This document shows positions 19,093-27,096 of a stretch of 32,000 nt of DNA, in pieces. The stretch is from contig CP064992.1 in assembly GCA_016699935.1 (NCBI GenBank), forward strand, positions 330,001 through 362,000, written 5' to 3'. Below the pieces are notes generated by a model. It worked only from the letters and a program-made list of their open reading frames with translations, was not told the origin of the DNA and made no database searches. Both the position numbers and the translations under genes were made by a program. Source of the stretch: Candidatus Saccharimonadota bacterium. Lineage in GTDB: Bacteria > Patescibacteriota > Saccharimonadia > Saccharimonadales > UBA4665. Positions within the stretch are counted from its first letter, which is position 1. Every line of letters starts with the position of its first letter.

Positions 19093-19244
19093 ACACCCTA
19101 ACTCACATCCACTTTTTTCTCGTTGTCATCCCGACCCCGCATCAAGTGCGGGGCAGGCTTCGTGGAGGGATCTTTTCGGTGTCAATATCATGGAGATCTT
19201 TCGACTGCGCTCAAGATGACAGCTTACGAAGCAAGTGTGGGTCA
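19093..19244. repeat. Nested-hairpin intergenic repeat element, copy B (degenerate ends, extra internal hairpin)
   Basis: It shares three blocks with copy A: TTGTCATCCCGACC, GTGGAGGGATCTTTTCGG and GGAGATCTTTCGACTGCGCTCAAGATGACA. The outer ends are similar (..ACTCACATCCACTTTTTT / AAGTGTGGGTCA). It has an extra 6-bp hairpin CCCCGC-ATCAAGT-GCGGGG at 19135-19153. Confidence 0.65.
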
Positions 19245-19265
19245 AGGCAACACCAGCTTGCAAAC

Positions 19266-19730
19266 TTAAGTGCGGTGAAAGAAGAAATCAATCCACGCTT
19301 CGAAATTTTCTTGGTAAAACGGTTTCTTTTTTGCAGGCAGTGTTTTGCCTTCGTCTTTTGGAGCTGCCGCCGTGTTAGCAAGGGCAGCTTCTTTTGACAC
19401 GAGCAGTACTGTCTCGCCAGGGGCCGCGAGGCCAAAGTTCTGTCGAGCTGCCAGTTCACGGTACTGGCTGGTGGTGTAGTAGTTGTTCTCTAGTTTTTGT
19501 GTCTCGTTTTGCAACTTTTTCACCTCATTTTGCTGCTGCAAGCGTGCGACTTGTTGCTGCAACCCGTAGTTGGTCTGGATGGCTTTGGTTCCGCTCCAGC
19601 TTATGAGGAGCACAAGCACCACAAATGCCAGCGAGCCAACATTGCGTACATCGCGCAAACTGAGTATGTAGCCCTTGATGGGCTCTTCATAGCGGTACCA
19701 TGCGTCAACGATGTTTGTCTTAAGCTTCAC
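19266..19730 (-). CDS. Septum formation initiator family protein (FtsB/DivIC-like)
   Basis: 154-aa intact ORF with a single TM (GSLAFVVLVLLISW), a coiled coil LQQQVARLQQQNEVKKLQNETQKLE, and the family-typical YRELAARQNFGLAAPGE. TATACT (19737-19742, minus) lies 6 nt upstream of the GTG start. Confidence 0.75.
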   Translation of the reverse strand: MKLKTNIVDAWYRYEEPIKGYILSLRDVRNVGSLAFVVLVLLISWSGTKAIQTNYGLQQQVARLQQQNEVKKLQNETQKLENNYYTTSQYRELAARQNFGLAAPGETVLLVSKEAALANTAAAPKDEGKTLPAKKKPFYQENFEAWIDFFFHRT

Positions 19731-19759
19731 CCCTCTAGTATACCACCCCTGTCATCTGC

Positions 19760-19765
19760 TATAAT
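19760..19765 (+). promoter_or_regulatory. -10 box (TATAAT) of the tRNA(CAU) locus promoter
   Basis: TATAAT lies 24 nt upstream of the first tRNA nucleotide (19790). It is divergent from the ftsB-like promoter. Confidence 0.5.
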
Positions 19766-19789
19766 CTATCTGGTTTCGCCCTTTGTGAA

Positions 19790-19826
19790 GGGGGTATAGC
19801 TCAGTGGTTAGAGCAGTCGGCTCATA
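19790..19826 (+). other. 5' half of an interrupted tRNA(CAU) gene (acceptor strand, D arm, 5' anticodon stem, anticodon loop to CATA)
   Basis: GGGGGTA-TA-GCTC-AGTGGTTA-GAGC-A-GTCGG-CTCATA. It is 35/37 identical to the start of the intact tRNA at 19936. Its acceptor strand is complementary to 20050-20056, not to the inner tRNA. Confidence 0.75.
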
Positions 19827-19935
19827 TTCGAGGATGCGTGCAGGTGCTAGCACGGAGCACACCGCAGGATTATCCCAAAGGAGCCGCCAAGCGACGACGG
19901 ATAGCTGATGGGTCATTTACAAGCAGGTGTTGTAC

Positions 19936-20011
19936 GGGGGCGTAGCTCAGTGGTTAGAGCAGTCGGCTCATAACTGATTGGTCGTAGGTTCAAGTCCTAC
20001 CGCCCCCACCA
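19936..20011 (+). tRNA. tRNA with CAU anticodon, Ile2 (lysidine-type) or elongator Met
   Basis: GGGGGCG-TA-GCTC-AGTGGTTA-GAGC-A-GTCGG-CTCATAA-CTGAT-TGGTC-GTAGG-TTCAAGT-CCTAC-CGCCCCC-A-CCA. It is a regular 76-nt cloverleaf. The TTGGTC variable region and GGTTCAAGTCC T arm resemble E. coli tRNA-Ile2 (from memory). The class needs a covariance or identity model. Confidence 0.9.
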
Positions 20012-20032
20012 TACCTGATCCTGCCCCACCTG

Positions 20033-20060
20033 CTTGGTTCAAATCCAAGTACCCCCACCA
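20033..20060 (+). other. 3' part of the interrupted tRNA(CAU) gene (T arm, 3' acceptor strand, CCA)
   Basis: CTTGG-TTCAAAT-CCAAG-TACCCCC-A-CCA. TACCCCC pairs 7/7 with GGGGGTA at 19790-19796. Confidence 0.75.
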
Positions 20061-20081
20061 CGAAAGGCGAATCCGCAATCC

Positions 20082-20822
20082 CTAATTGGCGTCGCGGCGT
20101 TTGAAGAGAAGCCATGCGGTCATTCCGGCCACAATTATCCAGCCGAGTACAATCGCCATTGATTTTTCAGGGCTAAATACACCGTCTGTTTTTGCCTGCA
20201 TCATGACACCCTCGAGCGCCATAAATGGCAAATAACCTGCGTTCAACTTTAGGAGCAAGCCCAGCAGCTGTTCAGCTATTGCAGCTCCAAACAAATACAC
20301 TACTATGGAACCGACTTGGTTTCGAATCAAAAGACCGAGTATCAGCGCGTACATGCCGGCGCCCCAAGCATACATGCCACCTCTTGTTAGAATTTCGCCC
20401 CATGGTATGCTTTGCGCACCAAGGCTATCGCCACTTGCCGCCACCCCTATCACACCACTTGCAACACCAACCGCAACGAACAACACGGAACCTCCCAACA
20501 TAATGAGCGAGGCACACACTACTTTAGCAAGTATGACACTAGCCCTCCGCCGGGCGAATGTCAGCGTGTAGTAAATTGTATTGTGGCGATATTCTTGGGT
20601 AATTTGTAGTAAAACTATTATGCCAAGTAAGAAGCTTGTACCCTGCAGGGTCGAAGTGATGAGCCCGGCTGTAAAGGAATTACCTGTGTCACCAGAATGT
20701 TTATAGCCACTGACCCAACCATTCATGAGTAGGACGAGCAACATACCGAGACCAAATATAATATATGTTGAGCGCAGGCTCAAAACTTTACGGATTTCAG
20801 AGCGTAGTGCAGCCAGCATCAT
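20082..20822 (-). CDS. ABC-2-type transporter permease
   Basis: 246-aa intact ORF with six hydrophobic helices. It lies immediately downstream of, and abuts, an ABC ATPase gene (stop TAA 20823-20825, start ATG 20822). Confidence 0.8.
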   Translation of the reverse strand: MMLAALRSEIRKVLSLRSTYIIFGLGMLLVLLMNGWVSGYKHSGDTGNSFTAGLITSTLQGTSFLLGIIVLLQITQEYRHNTIYYTLTFARRRASVILAKVVCASLIMLGGSVLFVAVGVASGVIGVAASGDSLGAQSIPWGEILTRGGMYAWGAGMYALILGLLIRNQVGSIVVYLFGAAIAEQLLGLLLKLNAGYLPFMALEGVMMQAKTDGVFSPEKSMAIVLGWIIVAGMTAWLLFKRRDAN

Positions 20823-21743
20823 TTACCTCCCTTTCGCAGAAAACTCTTCGGTGCCAGCAGTCAGCTCCAAAAATGCTTCCTCGAGTGAGGCATCTTGGCG
20901 GGCGAGCTCCAGCACCGGCAAGCCAGCCTTGAATAGTAGCTGGCCAACTTCATCAGTAGTCTTCCCGCTCACCTTGAAACCTTCGTCATACGAGACAAAT
21001 TTCACCCGGGATACCTGAAATGCCTTCTTCAGCTTCACCTCATTTGTACTTCTGACAAATACTCCAGCATGAGCACTTCCAGCCACAAGATCTTTAATGG
21101 ACCCCTCGGCCAAAAACTTGCCTTTGCCTATCACCACGACATCGTCAGCCATTTGTGCCATCTCGCTTAGCAAATGGCTGGAAACAAAAACAGCGTTGCC
21201 TTTGTCGGCATAGTCTTTGATAAACTGGCGCAACCAGGCGATACCTTCTGGGTCAAGACCGTTTGCTGGCTCGTCAAGAATGAGGTACTTTGGCTCGCCA
21301 AGTATAGCCGCAGCAATCCCTAACCGCTGGCTCATTCCCAGACTGAATTTACCTGGGCCCTTTTTCGCTACATCTTTTAGCCCGACCATATCAAGCACCT
21401 CCTCAACGCGCGCTTGTGGTATACCACCAGCATCGGCGAGAACACGTAAATGATTCCGAGCTGATCGCGTTGGATGAAACGCCTTAGCCTCAAGGAGAAT
21501 CCCAACCACAGCCGACGGTTGAACGTGCTCCCAGAGCGGTTTTTCGTCAAACAACGTTGTGCCAGCGCCCCTGTCGAGCCCCAACATGAGTCTCATAGTG
21601 GTTGATTTGCCGGAGCCGTTCGGCCCCAAAAAACCCGTTACCTTACCCGGTTCAACCCGAAAGCTTAGGCTATCGACTGCCAGTTTCTTTTTATACCGTT
21701 TTGTCAGGTTTTGTGCGTCTATCATAGCCCCATTATACCCCAT
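20823..21743 (-). CDS. ABC transporter ATP-binding protein (ABC-2/DrrA-like)
   Basis: Walker A GPNGSGKST, signature FSLGMSQRLGIAAA and Walker B LILDEPANGLD. The ORF track extends to 21764 with an alternative start. ATG 21743 (MGYNGAMIDAQNL...) is preceded by GAAGG. Confidence 0.9.
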   Translation of the reverse strand: MGYNGAMIDAQNLTKRYKKKLAVDSLSFRVEPGKVTGFLGPNGSGKSTTMRLMLGLDRGAGTTLFDEKPLWEHVQPSAVVGILLEAKAFHPTRSARNHLRVLADAGGIPQARVEEVLDMVGLKDVAKKGPGKFSLGMSQRLGIAAAILGEPKYLILDEPANGLDPEGIAWLRQFIKDYADKGNAVFVSSHLLSEMAQMADDVVVIGKGKFLAEGSIKDLVAGSAHAGVFVRSTNEVKLKKAFQVSRVKFVSYDEGFKVSGKTTDEVGQLLFKAGLPVLELARQDASLEEAFLELTAGTEEFSAKGR

Positions 21744-21860
21744 AACACCTTCTTTCAACCTCACTGCACCTACTTACTGGTCATGACTTAGTTGACTGCG
21801 CAATGATAATGAACCGTCTTTGGTGCTGTGTTTTTAGGATAAGCGCGATATACTACTAAC

Positions 21861-22741
21861 ATGCAACGCAATCTGTGGGTTCATGCCGAAGCACCAAGTG
21901 AAAACGAGATAAAAGTGCTGTGCAAGCAGTACCAATTGTCTGAGCGCTTCGTGCGCGATGCGCTCGACCGCGATGAAATCCCCAGGCTCGAGACCACTGG
22001 CAAACACAGCCACACCTACGTCATTACGCGCTTTGCCTACCAAACGGATGATGGCAATATAGAGACAGCACCAATACTCTTTGCGCTCGATAGCGAGCGT
22101 CTCATCACTGTCAGCCTCGAAAAACTCCCAAGCATCCAAGACATTCTGCCAGAAGACGCCAATGACGGGGATGGTGGCGATCCGGTACACCTTATGCTCC
22201 TCATTCTGCTCAAAATAGATGCCGACTACGACCGTTTCATCCACGACTCGTCTGGGCAAATCCGCCGCCTGCTTGATCGGCTCGGCACCCGTGAGGTCGG
22301 TACGCGCTCATTCATCCGCTTTGTGCACATAGAAGACGATATGAATGACTTTCTCAGCTCGCTCGTGCCAACCAACGCCACTCTTCGCCACCTGCTCTAC
22401 GAAAGTTCTATCGCTGGTTTTGCCGCTCACCGCGAGCTGGTTGAAACCGTTATACTGAACAACGAGCAGTCCATACAGACGTGCGAAACCAACCTTAAGT
22501 CGCTGAATTCTATCCGTCGCACCTACACCTCATAGGTTCACACAACCTCGATCGTACCATCAAAATCCTCACTATGGTGAGCGTGTTCATTTCTATCCCA
22601 ACCATGTTTTTCAGCATGTACGGGATGAATATCGGCCTGCCCGAGCAGCATAATACACAGGCGTTTGCTGGCCTTATCGTGGTATGTCTTTTCACCGTAG
22701 TCACTGCCTACTTTATCGGCCGCAAAAAACGCATATTCTAA
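21861..22741 (+). CDS. corA: CorA-family divalent-cation (Mg2+/Co2+) transporter, one frameshift before the TM domain
   Basis: ORF 21861..22535 is the cytoplasmic domain. After a 1-nt shift near 22531-22536 the reading continues ...GSHNLDRTIKILTMVSVFISIPTMFFSMYGMNIGLPEQ...FIGRKKRIF*, with the YGMN motif at 22619-22630 and stop TAA 22739-22741. TATACT 21849-21854 lies 6 nt upstream of the ATG. Confidence 0.85.
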
Positions 22742-22795
22742 GCATAATCTCCTTAATCAAGACACCCGTCTCAGTATTCTTATGTGCCATTTGAT

Positions 22796-22833
22796 GTTTA
22801 CATATTTGTCCCAGCTGGGACAAATATGTAAAC
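22796..22833. repeat. Palindrome family copy 2 (GTTTACATATTTGTCCCAGCTGGGACAAATATGTAAAC)
   Basis: Perfect 38-nt palindrome (19-bp arms) centred at 22814|22815. It lies 54 nt downstream of the corA stop and shares the core TACATnTTTGTCCCAGCTGGGACAnAnATGTA with 4612-4647. Confidence 0.9.
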
Positions 22834-23004
22834 TCGACTTCTGCAAAATCGCGCTATCTTCAGGCTCGTCCAGGAGTGACTTAAGAAGCTCCTTTGCTCT
22901 GGAGGAAGTGGAGACTAAAGCTCCACTGACGACAGAAAAGGGGGCTTAAGGGCACACCTTACGAGGCTGGGATGGTGGAAGTTCCCGCGTAAGTCGAGTA
23001 AACA
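22834..23004. ncRNA. Candidate structured RNA (unassigned family) in a convergent intergenic region
   Basis: A closing helix joins 22830-22842 and 22992-23004 (11/13). A second helix joins 22861-22869 and 22961-22969 (8/9). Internal hairpins are AGGAG 22872-22876 with CTCCT 22889-22893, and GTGGAG 22908-22913 with CTCCAC 22921-22926. There is no ORF. The strand is undetermined. Confidence 0.3.
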
Positions 23005-23018
23005 CTTTGCTACGCTGA

Positions 23019-23854
23019 CTATCGCGTGACAAAGGTCCAATCGTCGTGAGCGTGGCCGATTCGGCGATAGCTTTTGTACGAGTCAAGTGTTGTAGCTATG
23101 AGCGGAGTCTGCGATGGGTCAATATTCTTTAGCGCATAGGTTTCGTCTTTAGCGATGAGTTCTACCGCGAAGTTGATTGGTTCGGGGTGTTTCTGGTAGT
23201 CGCGCCACGCCAATTGAGTAGTAGCGCCGCCTGGTTTTTCGCACAGCATTTCACCTGTCTCTTTTTCGTCAAGTCCCAGCGATTTTGCGAGCCGCATGGC
23301 TTCACCAAACCCAGCCAGGTGCACTGCTTGTAGGCAGTTGAGCACCAGTTTCATGCGCATGCCATGCCCGGCAGGTCCGAAATATTTCACCTGGGATGCT
23401 ATTTTCTCCAGATGGGGCTTCACTTCATTTAGTTTTTCTGCATCACCGCCTGCCAGCAGAACCATCGTTCCGCTTTCGGCACCCGCACGGCTACCGGTCA
23501 TAGGCATGTCAAAAAGGTGAGGCCTTTTTCGGCGCAAACCTTCGCAAGTTCATCTACAAACTCTACCGAAAGCGTCGCACAGGTTATGAGCGCCTGGCTT
23601 GTAGTAGCATGGGCAACTATGCCGCCCTCGCCCAACCAGACTTCTCGAGCGGACTCGTCGTTTGCCGTTACTTCGAAAATGAGTTCGGCACCCTGCACTG
23701 CATCTGCTACGCTGTCAGCCCGCCGTGCCCGCGCGATACCAGGTCATCACTTTTTCCCGGCGAGCGATTCCACACCGCGACCGTGTAGCCAGCCTTCAAG
23801 AAATTATCGGCAATCCCATGCCCCATTATCCCCAAGCCCAACACCGCTACTCAT
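23019..23854 (-). pseudogene. NAD(P)-dependent beta-hydroxyacid dehydrogenase (3-hydroxyisobutyrate/6-phosphogluconate dehydrogenase-like), >=3 frameshifts
   Basis: The frame-restored reading starts [34 protein letters not shown] (Rossmann GxGxxG). It continues ...AELIFEVTANDESAREVW...TFFDMPMTGSRAGAESGTMVLLAGGD...YFGPAGHGMRMKLVLN.... ORF-track pieces are 23019..23537 and 23498..23698. Shifts are at C4 23830-23833, near 23700-23740 and at A5 23511-23515. The start ATG overlaps the upstream stop (ATGA 23851-23854). Confidence 0.8.
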
Positions 23855-24559
23855 GGTTTTGACTTCTTTGTTTTTGTTAGTACCTCATCAAGTTCACGAA
23901 TAGCATTCGGCAACTCTGTATAACTTTGTATGAATACATCCACTTGGTATTCTGCAAAATCTTCCCGTGAGCGAATACCTTCTTCGAGATTTGCTATGAA
24001 ATGTAAACCTGCCCCTTTGCAGCCTCGGCATCACCTGGCTGATCACCCACATATACACATTCGGATGGTGTCAGCCCGTGAAGTTTTTCTATATGAGCGA
24101 AGGCGCGCGCGGATCGGGTTTGTGGTATTCCATATTATCCTTGTAGTAAACTGCGTCAACATACTCATAAAGTGCGTGGCTAGGAACAAGGTAGTGTGTC
24201 ATTTCGGCTGCAATCCGGGAAGTAAGCAGCATATTGACCAGACCCATCTCGTGCAGTTCGCGTAGCACGCTCATGTTTTCGGGCGTGATTGAATCAAGTC
24301 GGCCCGTAGTGACATATGTATCATACAGAGGTGAAAATAACCGCCAAAATGTGACCGCATCAATCTTGCCGGCCGAACGAATAGATAAGGCGTCGTCAAG
24401 TTTCATGCCCCAGGTCTGTTTGTGTAGGGCCCTATCAATTGGGGCTACGCCGAGCTGAGCGTACACCTCGTTTTCAAGATGCCAACAGGCTTCTTCGGTA
24501 AGCGTTAGATTGCCATCTATATCGTTTATGACTGCTTTAATCTGTTTCACGGTTGTCAT
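23851..24559 (-). pseudogene. HAD-superfamily hydrolase (subfamily IA-like phosphatase), 2 frameshifts
   Basis: ORF 24089..24559 carries motif I INDIDGNL and ...LLTSR...YHKPDP. The frame-restored continuation is RAFAHIEKLHGLTPSECVYVGDQPGDAEAAKGAGLHFIANLEEG...TKTKKSKP*. Shifts are near 24095-24105 and at C4 24012-24015. Confidence 0.75.
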
Positions 24560-25583
24560 TATACTTTGTATGCGCTTCTTTGAGTATCGTTAGTAGTGTG
24601 TTGGTCGAGTTCGCGGCCATAAGTTTTTCTCGTAGTTCTTTGGCGCCGTCGAAGCCTTGGATGTAGATTTTGCAGAATTTATTGAGGGTATGTATGGGTC
24701 GCTCACCGTGTTGCCACGTTGCTGCAAAAAGCTCCACGTGCCGCCGAAATAACGCAATACGCTCTTTGGGAGGACAGTCCTCCCAAAGTAGATTTTGTGG
24801 TGTGGTAGCAAAGATGTAGGGGTTGTGGAAAATGCCGCGGCCGATCATGATGCCATCTAGTTTATACTGTTCAGCCAGCCGTTCGCCCTGCTCGCGGCTC
24901 ATTACGTCGCCATTGCCGACTATGAGGGTTTTTACGCCCAACTCATCGCGCATTTCTCGCACTTTACCTATAATTTCCCAGTCGGCCGGGACCTTACTCA
25001 TTTGTTTGCGGGTACGACCATGCACCGTCAGCATATCGAGGTTTTGACGAAGCAGAAACTCAAACCAAGTCATATCGACCGCGATAAACCCTGTCCGGGT
25101 TTTTACGCTCAGCGGCATTTGCGTCAGGGTCCGTCCTTGACGCAGTCCAGCGCGGGCAGCTTCTATGATGCTCTTGGCTAGGTCGCGGTTTTCAGGACGT
25201 ATGAGGGCGGCACAGGCACCGTTTTTAACCTCACTTTTGGCGGGGCAGCCCATGTTTAGATCAACCCCATAGAAATTGACGCCGTCTGGTAGGCCAAGCT
25301 CGCCTGCCAGCGAACCATCGGCGATCTGCTGGCACACAGCGAGGAAGTTTTCGGGCTTTAGCCCCCACAGCTCGGCGACCACCTTCCCTTCTGGGGCAAC
25401 GAAGCGAAGCTTTTTGAGCAAATTGGGGCGTCCTGGGCTCATCAGCCCATCGACATTCACAAACTCGGTGAAAAATAAATCTGGAGGAGCACAAGACGCC
25501 ACCATCTGTCGAAACACCGTATCCGTCACATCATCCATCGGCGCCAACACAAACATAGGCTTCATATCAGTTCCGTATTGCAT
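24537..25583 (-). CDS. dus: tRNA-dihydrouridine synthase (Dus family)
   Basis: 348-aa intact ORF with LAPMDDVTDTVFRQM, VDLNMGCPAKSEV (catalytic Cys) and LTVHGRTRKQM, the pattern of an FMN TIM barrel. TACAAT (25590-25595, minus) lies 6 nt upstream of the ATG. The 3' end overlaps the HAD gene by 23 nt. Confidence 0.9.
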   Translation of the reverse strand: MQYGTDMKPMFVLAPMDDVTDTVFRQMVASCAPPDLFFTEFVNVDGLMSPGRPNLLKKLRFVAPEGKVVAELWGLKPENFLAVCQQIADGSLAGELGLPDGVNFYGVDLNMGCPAKSEVKNGACAALIRPENRDLAKSIIEAARAGLRQGRTLTQMPLSVKTRTGFIAVDMTWFEFLLRQNLDMLTVHGRTRKQMSKVPADWEIIGKVREMRDELGVKTLIVGNGDVMSREQGERLAEQYKLDGIMIGRGIFHNPYIFATTPQNLLWEDCPPKERIALFRRHVELFAATWQHGERPIHTLNKFCKIYIQGFDGAKELREKLMAANSTNTLLTILKEAHTKYNDNRETD

Positions 25584-25597
25584 ACTTCTATTGTACG

Positions 25598-27049
25598 TTA
25601 TGGAGCGGGCGATTTAACCCCGAACAAGGTAGCCTCAACGAACGGTTTATATCTGCCGCTAATATCTTCGAGTGCTGCGCGCCAAAATGATTGCCTTCGC
25701 TCCTGCGATTCCGTAACAACAGGAAGAAGCTTTTGCAAATCCTCGAGTCCAATTGCAACAAATGTTTGATGAATAAACAACTCGACATCTTTCGGCATAT
25801 TCGGATTAGTGAATGGAGTAACTAGTGTCTTGTTACGCATGGTTTTGCCAGCTTCGGTAAATTGACCGATTTTCTGCTTCACTTGAGCTTCTACCATTGT
25901 ACGGGCCTGACTTAGTTCGTCTGCAGTTATTACCCTGCCTGCAATCCGCAGCCCTGGACCAGCCAGCTCGGTGAGTTTTGTAGTTCTGTTTTCGGTAGTA
26001 CCCATAGGCTTGAAGAACAAATCTTCGGCAAATGTTTCGCCATCCCGAAGCTGATGTGCCACGATATGACGGAGGACAACCCCATTGCTGGGTGATAACT
26101 ACCACCTATGAATGCTCGGCGTTCTTCATCAGTAGAAAGATCAGAAATCTGCTCTATAAAATCATTCACCACTACAATAGATGCTTTTGCATCCTCAAAG
26201 TAATCCACCATTTCGTAGCAGCGGCTCGCCACTGCTCGATCGGCATACCAACCTTGCACTTTCGCGCTATAACCCTTGGCTCGGACGCTCTTTTTTACTT
26301 GCGCTGGCCGTCTCAACTAGGTGATTATGTGCAGCTCCACGGGCTACAGGTCCATCGCTGCGTATATTATGATCGATCAGTGGAAGTACGACATTAATTT
26401 CTGAGCGAGATGCTGGTACGAATCGGGCAGCATCTGCATCATCTATGACAAGTTTTAGACGAGCTCTCAACGTGTTGAATCTCGGAAGTTCATCCTTAGG
26501 TTCTTCCACTGGCCTAGGAATATTACGAGCAGCGTCGAGAGCTTTATTGAGGTCAAACCCATCTGCCACAAATTGTATGACATCACTCACGCGTACCGCA
26601 TCAAGTGTAGGATTTGCTCGTATGCGCTCTAATCGTATGCATTCGAGTGCAGCCGCGTATCGCTTAGCATCTGCATAGTTTCCTTCCTTAACAATAAGAG
26701 GTTTTTCTCTTCCAAGATTTTCGTTCGGGGGCAAAACGTCTCCAAGCATCAGTGTCATATACGTGCCATCTCTCTGCAATGGCGAATGCTTGCCTATTTG
26801 AGCTCGTCTACGTTTGGCAGTATGCTGTTCTTTCAATGCTGTAGTGGTCAGATGCGCCTCGGGTGTAATGGCTTCGTCCGTGGACGGCGGCGCTTGGTCT
26901 GGGAAAAAACCGTCTGGCTCAACACCGATAATACGACCAATCAGACCAAAGCTTTGCGGATCAGTCCCGCCGTTACCTAGCATTTCGGCAGCAATAAATG
27001 CTCCCTGATTCGGGTCGGTTTCTTGGTGTTTTTTTGGGCGGGGCGGCAT
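25598..27049 (-). pseudogene. Large hypothetical protein (~480 aa) in three frame segments
   Basis: ORFs 26267..27049, 25930..26316 and 25598..26062 read through: ...IDHNIRSDGPVARGAAHNHLVETASASKK / SVRAKGYSAKVQGWYADRAV...AMGLSSVIS / VAHQLRDGETFAEDLFFKPMG.... No family was recognised. TAGAGT (27056-27061, minus) lies 6 nt upstream of the ATG. Confidence 0.55.
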
Positions 27050-27096
27050 AGTAATACTCTAGCATATTTCTAGGTTTTTGCAACCCATTACCCCTG

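Noticed and set aside
18860-19397. Plus-strand ORFs 18860..19219 and 18951..19397.
   Set aside because: They run antisense to the 17995-18978 gene and the ftsB-like gene and through repeat copy B. They are artefacts of the palindromic repeat.
19827-20009. A group I (or group II) self-splicing intron in the anticodon loop of the outer tRNA(CAU).
   Set aside because: I could not find a P1 guide sequence complementary to the CTCAT 5' exon end, nor recognisable P4/P7 core elements. Almost half of the insert is an ordinary tRNA. This is kept only as a low-probability alternative to be tested with covariance models.
21834-22259. 141-aa minus-strand ORF.
   Set aside because: It is antisense to the N-terminal domain of corA, which has a clear family signature and promoter.
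22895-22915. CTCTGGAGGAAGTGGAG resembles the SRP RNA domain IV string CCGGAAGGAAGCAGC.
   Set aside because: The GGAA tetraloop and the conserved AGCA symmetric-loop bases are not reproduced, and the surrounding helices do not fit a 4.5S hairpin. The resemblance is too weak to call.
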